16,264 nt of DNA from Elusimicrobiota bacterium (GTDB lineage Bacteria; Elusimicrobiota; Elusimicrobia; UBA1565): NCBI GenBank assembly GCA_043819795.1, contig JBDREN010000112.1, forward strand, positions 1-16,264. Reading direction: 5' to 3'. The notes under the pieces were generated by a model that did not search any database, was not told where the DNA came from, and saw only the letters and a program-made list of their open reading frames with translations. Below, in pieces: positions 9,551 through 16,054 of this stretch. A program made the translations under genes and the position numbers. Position 1 is the first letter of the stretch, and every line of letters begins with the position of its first letter.

Positions 9551-9628
9551 ATAGTACCTATATGGCGCATGGGACCTTATGACCCGCGTCAAAACGGGAT
9601 GTTGATCCAGGTCAATGACGCGGGTCAA
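9551..9628 (-). promoter_or_regulatory. Crp/Fnr-dependent promoter of the peptide gene: -10 TACTAT plus three FNR-like boxes
   Basis: -10 TACTAT is the complement of 9551-9556. Boxes ATGAC-CCGC-GTCAA (9579-9592), TTGAT-CCAG-GTCAA (9602-9615) and ATGAC-GCGG-GTCAA (9615-9628) resemble the FNR consensus TTGAT-N4-ATCAA. Confidence 0.7.
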
Positions 9629-9647
9629 GCGCCCGCGGTCGGGCGGG

Positions 9648-10361
9648 TCAGGAGAAGTGGCCGGCGACGCTGCGGGCTTTTTCGACGTCTATGATGACGA
9701 TGTCCCTGCCCTTGCGCTGAACCAGACCCCGGGACTCGAAGTCCTTGAGCAGGCGGACCGTGGTCTCGATGGTCAGGCCCGCCATCTCGGCGATCTCCCG
9801 GCGCTTGAAGTTGCACACGGCGGGACGGCCCTTCTTGCCGGAGGGATGGGTCATCATGCGTATGAGCGTGCCCGCCAGGCGCGAGCGCGCCGGCTTGAAG
9901 GCTATGTCGCGGGCCATGGCCTCGCTGCGGCGGACATCCCGGGCCACCTCGTGCAGGAGGGCCAGGGCTCCTTTCGGGTGCTCCAGAAGGAACTTCCACA
10001 GGGCATCCTCGGTGATCATGGACATGACCGACTCCTCCATCGCCTCGGCGCTGCCGGCGTAGGGCCAGCGAGCGAGCGAGGAGATGTGGCCGACCAGGTC
10101 CCCGGGGGACTCGATGCGCACGAGCAGCTGCTGCCCCGTGCGGCTCGCTTTGTATATCTTCACCTTGCCGGTGCAGACGACGTACACCCCACGCGGGGTT
10201 TCCCCCTCGTAGAAGATGGTCTCGCCCGGGCGGAAGCGGTTGGCGATGCGTATCTCCCTCCATGATTTCTTGGAGGGCCTGTCGCTGAGGAGATCGTAGT
10301 AGCAGTTCTTCTTGAACGGGCACCAATCGCAGTTGGGCGCTTCTTTCTTCGAGAATCCCAT
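9648..10361 (-). CDS. Crp/Fnr family transcriptional regulator with FNR-like N-terminal cysteine cluster
   Basis: C11-x2-C14-x5-C20; cNMP-type barrel (GETIFYEG, VYVVCTGKVKI, PGDLVG); HTH RREIAEMAGLTIETTVRLLKDF; GGAG 5 nt before ATG. Confidence 0.93.
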   Translation of the reverse strand: MGFSKKEAPNCDWCPFKKNCYYDLLSDRPSKKSWREIRIANRFRPGETIFYEGETPRGVYVVCTGKVKIYKASRTGQQLLVRIESPGDLVGHISSLARWPYAGSAEAMEESVMSMITEDALWKFLLEHPKGALALLHEVARDVRRSEAMARDIAFKPARSRLAGTLIRMMTHPSGKKGRPAVCNFKRREIAEMAGLTIETTVRLLKDFESRGLVQRKGRDIVIIDVEKARSVAGHFS

Positions 10362-10411
10362 GATCGCTCCGTGGCCTCGGGGAGGACGGACCCCGCCGGC
10401 TAAGGATTATG

Positions 10412-10450
10412 GGGCAATATTACAACATTGCCCTCCGGGCGACAAATGTC
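10412..10450 (-). promoter_or_regulatory. Putative promoter/operator of the Crp/Fnr gene
   Basis: On -: TTGTCG-N17-TAATAT (complements of 10440-10445 and 10417-10422). The -10 is overlapped by the inverted repeat GGGCAATATT-AC-AACATTGCCC (10412-10433, one mismatch). Confidence 0.5.
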
Positions 10451-11675
10451 AGAGGCCGGCTTCGGGATCGTCCGAGTAGGACGTCAGAATCTGCTGGAAG
10501 CGGGGAAGGTCCCAGAGGGGCTCGAACTCGTCGTCGGTTCGAGCGAGCAGCAGCGTTTTGCGCAGCTGCTCGCGCGTGTAAGCGTTCTTGAGGGACTTCT
10601 CGAGGTAGCTCAAGGCGTCGCTCAGGCGGCCGTCCAAAGAGTGGCAGAGCGCCAGCTCGTAATAGGCCGAGGAGCTCGCCGGCAGCTTAGTGAGAGCGTC
10701 CTCGAGCACATCGATGGCTTCGCCGGCCAGGCCCACATGGCGGTAGGAGGCGGCGATGCGCTCGTAGATGCGGGCCTTGGCCCGGCCGTCGAGCGTGCCT
10801 TTTCTCTCGTCGGCCATGAGCGCCGCGTCGTAGTAGTCGATGGCCTCCCGGTAGCGCTGGGAGCGGTAGGCGCTGTCGGCCGCTTCGAGGCGCTCAACCA
10901 CCCGGGGGTCCTTGAGCGGGGCGTCAAGCGCTTCTGATATCGTCTCGGTCGGCACGTCCCGGATCGAGTCGCGCAGCGAGTCGAAACCGCGGATGCGCTC
11001 CTCGGCCTCGTCCTCGGTGAGGGCTCCGGCCTCCACCGCCTCGTAAGCGTCCAGGATGACCTCGTTCTGGGGGATTTCGAGCAGGCCCGAGAAAAGAGAG
11101 TCGCTTCGGATCAGCCTGGCCAGATGCGGATATGCGTCCACGCGCCGTGCGCGTCTAACGCTCACGCGGAGGTTCGCGGAGGCCATGTCCGGATTCTTCA
11201 TCTTGTGGCGGAGCCTGGCCGCGTAGAGGTGCGGCATCGGGTTGCGTGGAGAGGCGCGAGCGGCTTTCCCGATGGCGTTCAGCGCCGGCTTGTAGCGCCC
11301 GAGGGCCTCGTGGCACTGGGCCAGGCTGTGATAAAGCAGGAACGGCTCCTCCAGCGACCCCAGGCGCGGCTCGAGCGCGAGGGCGGTCTCGAAGGCCTCG
11401 ACGGCTCTCCGGGCGTCCTCCTTGTCGGCCTTTTCCGCGCTGCCGCGCAGGAATGCCCGCTGGTAGTGGGCGTAGCCGAGCTGGAAGAAAGCCTCGACGG
11501 AGCCGGCGTCGGCGCGGATGGCCCGCTCGAAGAGCTTGATCGCCCCGGCGTACTCCTCGGAGTTCATCTCCCGTACGCCGCGCTCCACGAGCCGCTCGGC
11601 CTGGCCCGCCAGGGCGGGGACGGCGGTCGCCAGCATCAGCATGATCGTGAGAAGGCGTTTGGACATCTGTCTCAT
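10449..11675 (-). CDS. Exported tetratricopeptide-repeat protein
   Basis: Signal peptide (SKRLLTIMLMLATAVPALA|G); TPR helices (AFFQLGYAHY, YHSLAQCHEALG, AYYELALCHSL); two halves ending in similar DSLFSGL and DDEFEPL motifs; TATAAT at the complement of 11701-11706. Start is 11675 or 11666. Confidence 0.85.
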   Translation of the reverse strand: MRQMSKRLLTIMLMLATAVPALAGQAERLVERGVREMNSEEYAGAIKLFERAIRADAGSVEAFFQLGYAHYQRAFLRGSAEKADKEDARRAVEAFETALALEPRLGSLEEPFLLYHSLAQCHEALGRYKPALNAIGKAARASPRNPMPHLYAARLRHKMKNPDMASANLRVSVRRARRVDAYPHLARLIRSDSLFSGLLEIPQNEVILDAYEAVEAGALTEDEAEERIRGFDSLRDSIRDVPTETISEALDAPLKDPRVVERLEAADSAYRSQRYREAIDYYDAALMADERKGTLDGRAKARIYERIAASYRHVGLAGEAIDVLEDALTKLPASSSAYYELALCHSLDGRLSDALSYLEKSLKNAYTREQLRKTLLLARTDDEFEPLWDLPRFQQILTSYSDDPEAGL

Positions 11676-11866
11676 GGCTCGGCGCTGTTCCTACTTACCC
11701 ATTATACGACGGCTCCCGCCGGGATGCGAGGGTCGCCGGACCCTGGAATTGATGGGTCTATGGGCCTAGGCCGTCCAGTGGTGATCCGCACGCGGCGGGG
11801 CCGGGGCTGCGCGCGAGTGTCCACGTGGACAGTCAGCCCGTTCCTTCAGTGGACTCCTCGTTTGGC

Positions 11867-12140
11867 CGATCGTACGTGGCGTTCGGCAGGGACGGTCGAG
11901 GGCCGCTGGGCGGCCGTACGGGGCGGGCTTTCGACGAGAGATCCGACCGGGGCGAAAGCGTCTTCGAGTCACCTCGACTTCAAGAAGGCGACGGTCGTCA
12001 AGAGCGTCGACGTGGACTTCCCGGCCTGGATGGTGGACTTGCTTGACAAGGAGGCCGTCAAGCTGAACGTCTCCAGGCAGGCCGTCATCAAGATGTGGAT
12101 CCTCGACAGCCTCGATCCGTCTCATCGGGCGACGCGTTGA
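11867..12140 (+). pseudogene. Degenerate BrnT/BrnA-like toxin-antitoxin remnant with a frameshifted CopG/RHH antitoxin
   Basis: FDERSDRGESVFE (11930-11968), one extra T (11969), then HLDFKKATVVKSVDVDFPAWMVDLLDKEAVKLNVSRQAVIKMWI* matches the VNVDFPxWM..LD.EA..L.V.RQ..IK.W antitoxin pattern. Upstream fragments RSYVAFG and GTVEGRWAAV weakly resemble BrnT. No intact start. Confidence 0.7.
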
Positions 12141-12149
12141 TCCGTTTGC

Positions 12150-12178
12150 TTGCCAGCCTCCGTCGAAATGGATACAAT
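12150..12178 (+). promoter_or_regulatory. Sigma70 promoter of tRNA-His
   Basis: TTGCCA (12150-12155), 17 nt, TACAAT (12173-12178), 11 nt before the tRNA. Confidence 0.8.
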
Positions 12179-12189
12179 CTTTCGCTGTT

Positions 12190-12262
12190 GGTGGCCGTAG
12201 CTCAAGGGTAGAGCGCCAGGTTGTGGCCCTGGAGGCTGCGGGTTCGAGCCCCGTCGGTCACC
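12190..12262 (+). tRNA. tRNA-His (GUG)
   Basis: Acceptor GTGGCCG/CGGTCAC; D stem GCTC/GAGC; anticodon stem CCAGG/CCTGG with GTG at 12223-12225; T arm GCGGG-TTCGAGC-CCCGT. G-1 (12190) and C discriminator (12262) are typical of His. CCA is not encoded. Confidence 0.97.
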
Positions 12263-12271
12263 CTTTCGATT

Positions 12272-12304
12272 TGTCTTGACATTTGTCCGGACGTCTGTTA
12301 TCCT
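12272..12304 (+). promoter_or_regulatory. Promoter and periodic operator of the Xre-RES operon
   Basis: TTGACA (12276-12281), 17 nt, TATCCT (12299-12304), overlaid by TGTC-tt-GACA-tt-TGTC-cg-GACG-tc-TGTT. Confidence 0.75.
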
Positions 12305-12322
12305 ATCGTTGAGGGCGCCGTC

Positions 12323-12676
12323 ATGGCAAGAACGCTCGAACGATGGGACAAGATGCTGGCCCGGCTGCAGGAGCGCCTCGGTCTCTCCCAGGAAGAGCTC
12401 GCCCGCATCCTGGGCGTCAGCAGCCGGAACCTGTCACGCTGGCTTTCCGGCGAGATTGGGAATCCCGGGGAGTCGCACTTCCAGAACCTCCTCGCCATCG
12501 AAGAGATCGTCGGGGAAGCGGGTAAGGCCCTCAAGCCCGACAAGATCGCGCTCTGGTTCCGGACCCCGAATCCGGCGCTCGCGGACCTGCGCCCCCTCGA
12601 CCTGCTCGCAAGCCGCAGCGGCCAGGCGCGCGTGAAGAGCCTCCTCGGGCAGGTCCGCTGGGGCATCCCCACCTAA
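12323..12676 (+). CDS. Xre/MbcA/ParS-type antitoxin (HTH plus toxin-binding domain)
   Basis: Start reassigned to ATG 12323 after GAGG. HTH LGLSQEELARILGVSSRNLSRW; C-domain WFRTPNPALADLRPLDLL..G..RV..LLG...WG. Confidence 0.92.
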   Translation: MARTLERWDKMLARLQERLGLSQEELARILGVSSRNLSRWLSGEIGNPGESHFQNLLAIEEIVGEAGKALKPDKIALWFRTPNPALADLRPLDLLASRSGQARVKSLLGQVRWGIPT

Positions 12677-12678
12677 GC

Positions 12679-13200
12679 TTGGCCTCCTCTCTCGCATCCA
12701 AGCTCAAGTCCCTCCCCAGTATCCGCGTCAAAGGCGAGTTCTTCCGCATGGTGCGGGAGGAGGACGCTGATGGCCTTCTCTCGGCCGGGCCCAGCTTCGC
12801 CTTCGGCGGCCGTTACAGCAAGCCCGGCGAGTTCGGAGCGCTCTACCTCAGTGATGACCCAAAGACCTGCGAGGCGGAGAAGCTCAAGCAGGTCGCCGGT
12901 CGGCGCGATCTTCTCCCCCCTCAAGCGCTCGGCCGCTTCGGAGCGGACGTGAGCGGTGTCGTGGACCTCACCGATGACGACAACCTGAAGAAGCTGGGTG
13001 TGTCCATAGGCCAGCTCACGGATCCGCTCGACGTGACGTTGCCGCGGGAGATCGGCGCTGCGGCGCGGAGCCTTGGCATCAGAGCCCTGCTGGTGCGGTC
13101 AGCGGCCGCGCTTGGAAAGAACCTGGCCGTCTTCGAGGAAGGCTTGACGAGTCCGGACTGCACCGTGAAGGTCATCAACACCCAGCGCTGGACCGTATGA
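12679..13200 (+). CDS. RES-domain toxin (MbcT/ParT-like NAD+-consuming enzyme)
   Basis: FFR, GGRYSKPGEFGALYLS, CEAE, VVDLTD, LLVRSAA, NLAVF; starts 2 nt after the antitoxin stop (TTG). Confidence 0.9.
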   Translation: MASSLASKLKSLPSIRVKGEFFRMVREEDADGLLSAGPSFAFGGRYSKPGEFGALYLSDDPKTCEAEKLKQVAGRRDLLPPQALGRFGADVSGVVDLTDDDNLKKLGVSIGQLTDPLDVTLPREIGAAARSLGIRALLVRSAAALGKNLAVFEEGLTSPDCTVKVINTQRWTV

Positions 13201-13597
13201 CGAGGCGACGTCCTCGGCAGAATTCCCAGGCATCGATCCCTGTGCCAAGATAGGGTGAGACAGATGTCGGTCCTGAGATTGGTGTGCAGGGCCGTGGTCC
13301 CAAGCACCTCCGTCAGAGGCGGAGGTGCCAGATCAACCCCCTGGCCGATCTCTACATGGGCCTGGACGAGCACATGACGCCCAACGCCATACCGTAGGGG
13401 CGTCAGTGCGGCGCGCTCCCGCGCGACCGCCCCCCGTCGCGGACTTCCTCCCCGCGTAGCCCCCGCGCGCTTGCCGGAATGCGTGCAGGGACCGGGCGAG
13501 CGGAAAACGGCGGCGCCCGGCCCCCGAGCGCCCGCAGGCTAGGTTTGGGCTTGGCGGGGAGCGGTCCCTCTCCCACGGTCTTCAAATAAGATATTCT

Positions 13598-13861
13598 GCG
13601 GCCGCCCGGACAGCGCCCAATAGCAAGGGCATGGACTTTTTGACGACCGCGGTGGTGTCGGGGGCCCACAAGAGGCGGCTCTGCCGCAGGACGCGCGCGA
13701 TCGCCAAGAGGGACAAGGTGGACTTCTTCGAGCGCGACACCGAGAACATCGAGGGGGCGCCGGTCGTGGTCCTGCTGGGCAAGGGGGTCGCCATAGCGTA
13801 CGGGCTCCCTCTCTCCGTGACGGGCAAGAGCCCGTTCTTCGACCGGGAAAAAAAGAAGTAG
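13598..13861 (+). pseudogene. 5'-truncated, internally deleted DUF2148-like (ferredoxin-domain) gene
   Basis: In-frame AAARTAPNSKGMDFLTTAVVSG...FFERDTENI...VVVLLG joins directly to KGVAIAYGLPLSVTGKSPFFDR. The N- and C-terminal motifs I recall for the family are present, but the central Cys-rich part is missing. Confidence 0.65.
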
Positions 13862-13914
13862 CGGCTTCCGGCGCGAGGTTTCCGGGACTCGCGGCGCGGA
13901 CCCCTTGCGGGCGA

Positions 13915-13939
13915 CAGGAAAATCGAAAGTAGATTTTGA
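13915..13939 (+). repeat. Left terminal inverted repeat of the IS
   Basis: Exact reverse complement of 16030-16054. Confidence 0.95.
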
Positions 13940-13953
13940 TTGACGGGGCTTAG

Positions 13954-13991
13954 GCGGATCCGGCGGATCTTTCCCGGATCCGCTGTTTTTT
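13954..13991 (+). terminator. Intrinsic terminator just inside the IS left end
   Basis: GCGGATCCGG (13954-13963) pairs with CCGGATCCGC (13974-13983), followed by TGTTTTTT. Confidence 0.7.
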
Positions 13992-13994
13992 CGC

Positions 13995-14023
13995 TTGTGT
14001 ATAACACATTAGTATACTATAGT
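13995..14023 (+). promoter_or_regulatory. IS internal promoter, likely giving a leaderless mRNA
   Basis: TTGTGT (13995-14000), 17 nt, TATAGT (14018-14023); ATG follows 7 nt later with no SD. Confidence 0.65.
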
Positions 14024-14030
14024 GTGGTAT

Positions 14031-14399
14031 ATGAACAAGCTCCAACTCGCCAAGCTGCGCCAGCGGATCCGCGAGCTCAAAGCACGCCGCAATACGCTGG
14101 AGGGTATCGCCCAACAGCACCACGCCATGGTCGCCGCCTCGCTCATCGAGCGCCGCTTCCGGCCCGGAGCGCCTCCGGCCTACTACCTATCGATCCCCGG
14201 CCCGCAGAACAGCCGCCATCGCTACGTTCGTAAGCAGGAATTGGAGTTCGTGCGCCGGCATAGCGCGGCTTGGCGGGAGTTCGGCCGAACGATGGCGGAG
14301 TGGACGCGGGCCAATGAAGAGATCGAGCGACTGCTGCGCCGGATCGGAAAGGGCCGGTGTCGAAATGTCGATGCGCTGCTGCGGAGGAAGAAACGGTGA
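14031..14399 (+). CDS. IS accessory protein, DUF6788-like, basic
   Basis: 122 aa from ATG 14031. M..SLIER...YYLS......RYV......VR....W...R......N pattern recalls the small proteins found upstream of DDE transposases. Stop overlaps the transposase GTG. Confidence 0.75.
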   Translation: MNKLQLAKLRQRIRELKARRNTLEGIAQQHHAMVAASLIERRFRPGAPPAYYLSIPGPQNSRHRYVRKQELEFVRRHSAAWREFGRTMAEWTRANEEIERLLRRIGKGRCRNVDALLRRKKR

Positions 14400-15928
14400 A
14401 CACCTGGCACCTGTGGCGTGAAGACAAGCAGGCCGTGGCCCAAAAGCTGGAGCAGGGACAGGACCTCGACGGGCACACCAGCGCCTTTGGCGACAACGAC
14501 CTGGTCATCGGGTTCCTGATGGTGGAGGGGTTCTGGTCGGTGCTCGTCGAGACCGAAGCCGATGGGCTTAAGAAAGATAACGGCTACCCCCCACGAACGC
14601 TCAATGGGCTGTGGGCGCTGTGCGAGTTGGCGGGTGTGGAGCGGATCGCGCAGAGCGGGAAAGTCATCGGGGATGAAGCGCTTCTGCGGATGGTGGGGTT
14701 CCAGGTGGAGCAGATCGAGAGGGCCCGGGCGCAGGGTCGGCTACGCGTGGACCCGGAGACGCTGTCGAACCACTTGGGCCGCATCAGCGAGGCATCGGTG
14801 GAGAAGAGCTGGTGGGAACACGTGCGGCTGTTGAGGTCGAAGAAATGGTACCGGGGCGGGGTCTACGCTGTGGACGGTACGGACATCACCATCCCGTACG
14901 GTGAGAAGGCTAACTACGAGGGGGCTGAGCATCGCGGCGAGGCCGTCGGGTACAAGCTCGTCGTGGTGCTCAACATCGAGGAGGGCAATGAGCGGGTGGT
15001 GGGCTGGATCCTGGGGGGATTGGCGCGCAACGAGAAGACGCTGCTAAAAGAACTCATGTCCCGGTTGCGAGAGCAGTTCGGGCGCTTGGGCGATTGGATG
15101 AAGGTGTTGGTGATGGACCGGGCGTATTGGGGAGCCGAGTTCCTGGGGAATCTGAAGAAGGACGAAGGCGTCGACTACGTCATTAGAGCGAGGAGCGAAA
15201 AAATCGCGGTGGCGCAGGATATGGAAGGGTTGTCGACGCTTGGAAGCACGGTATGGCATGAGGTCGAAGAAGAGCACAGCCGGTTAGGAAGGATGAAAGT
15301 GAAGATGGCGGGATTTCCGGATTTGCCGCTGTGGGATGAGGGGGATGTGGACCATGGGCCGTGCCAGGGAGTGATCGCGGAGGAGTACGATTTGAAAGGA
15401 CGGCGGCTGCCCGAGCGCGATCGGTTCTACTACGTGACGAGCTTGCCGGTCGATCCGAAGTCAGCGGGGTCGGTGCAAAGCGTGCGGACGTACTATCGGC
15501 GTCGCTGGGCGATCGAGAACCAAGGTTTTTGGGTGCTCACCAAGCGGTGGAACCTCGACACGTTGATCGCTCGCAACCTCAATGCCATCCGTGCCCGATT
15601 GAATTTCGCGCTGCAGCTCTACAACGCGGAGAACTGCTGCGCGTGGAAGCATCCGGGGGACTTTGAGGACGAATTTCATCGGCTAAAGAGACCTCCGCAA
15701 GGAGAGCGGCTGGGCCGGCCTTCGATCATGGTCTACACCCCTGAAGGTGAGATCGCAGCGTTCCAGGTCAACGAGTACAAGGATTTGATAACGAAGGCTG
15801 TGACAAAAGAAGTCACACATGAAGTCATGAAAGAAGTGACGGAGACCGTAAAGAAGGAAGTGAAGGACCGGATCCGCGAGGGTCTGGAGCAGGGCCGGCC
15901 GCTGGACGAGGTCCTGGGGGATCTTTGA
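14396..15928 (+). CDS. DDE transposase (IS4-like, DDE_Tnp_1 type)
   Basis: YAVDGT, LVMDRAYW and YRRRWAIE (Y-2-R-3-E signature). Start reassigned to GTG 14396, 8 nt after GGAGG; 510 aa, uninterrupted. Confidence 0.92.
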   Translation: MNTWHLWREDKQAVAQKLEQGQDLDGHTSAFGDNDLVIGFLMVEGFWSVLVETEADGLKKDNGYPPRTLNGLWALCELAGVERIAQSGKVIGDEALLRMVGFQVEQIERARAQGRLRVDPETLSNHLGRISEASVEKSWWEHVRLLRSKKWYRGGVYAVDGTDITIPYGEKANYEGAEHRGEAVGYKLVVVLNIEEGNERVVGWILGGLARNEKTLLKELMSRLREQFGRLGDWMKVLVMDRAYWGAEFLGNLKKDEGVDYVIRARSEKIAVAQDMEGLSTLGSTVWHEVEEEHSRLGRMKVKMAGFPDLPLWDEGDVDHGPCQGVIAEEYDLKGRRLPERDRFYYVTSLPVDPKSAGSVQSVRTYYRRRWAIENQGFWVLTKRWNLDTLIARNLNAIRARLNFALQLYNAENCCAWKHPGDFEDEFHRLKRPPQGERLGRPSIMVYTPEGEIAAFQVNEYKDLITKAVTKEVTHEVMKEVTETVKKEVKDRIREGLEQGRPLDEVLGDL

Positions 15929-16029
15929 GATTTCCGGCCTAGGCCGGAAAAATCGAAAGTAGGGGAAGGCCCCAAAACGGGGCCCGGGCCGGACTATCGA
16001 CGGAAAGTAGCCCGGTGGGGAGAGTCCGC

Positions 16030-16054
16030 TCAAAATCTACTTTCGATTTTCCTG
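16030..16054 (-). repeat. Right terminal inverted repeat of the IS
   Basis: Exact reverse complement of 13915-13939. Confidence 0.95.

Larger units (their letters stand above)
13915..16054 (+). mobile_element. Complete 2140-bp insertion sequence, IS4-like DDE, two ORFs
   Basis: Perfect 25-bp terminal inverted repeats CAGGAAAATCGAAAGTAGATTTTGA (13915-13939) and TCAAAATCTACTTTCGATTTTCCTG (16030-16054); GA on both outer flanks; more A/T-ending codons than host genes. Confidence 0.93.

Noticed and set aside
9286..9570. 94-aa ORF overlapping the peptide gene
   Set aside because: Alternative frame spanning the promoter; the repeats, RBS and leader fit 9258-9503.
11124..12140. 338-aa ORF as a single gene
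   Set aside because: Most of it is antisense to the TPR gene; only the last ~56 codons look real (antitoxin remnant).
12263..12265. Missing CCA as a sign of a tRNA pseudogene
   Set aside because: Many bacteria add CCA enzymatically; the cloverleaf, identity elements and promoter are intact.
12221..12322. N-terminal extension of the antitoxin in the ORF track
   Set aside because: Overlaps tRNA-His and the promoter; the better start is ATG 12323.
13201..13597. Hairpins (13304-13328, 13375-13405) and a coding-like fragment QINPLADLYMGLDEHMTPNAIP
   Set aside because: No U-tract, start signal or recognisable family; probably decayed sequence.
14031..15928. RNA-guided element (TnpB/IscB or IS110 bridge system)
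   Set aside because: The transposase has IS4-like DDE motifs and terminal IRs; no RuvC, HNH or DEDD signature seen.
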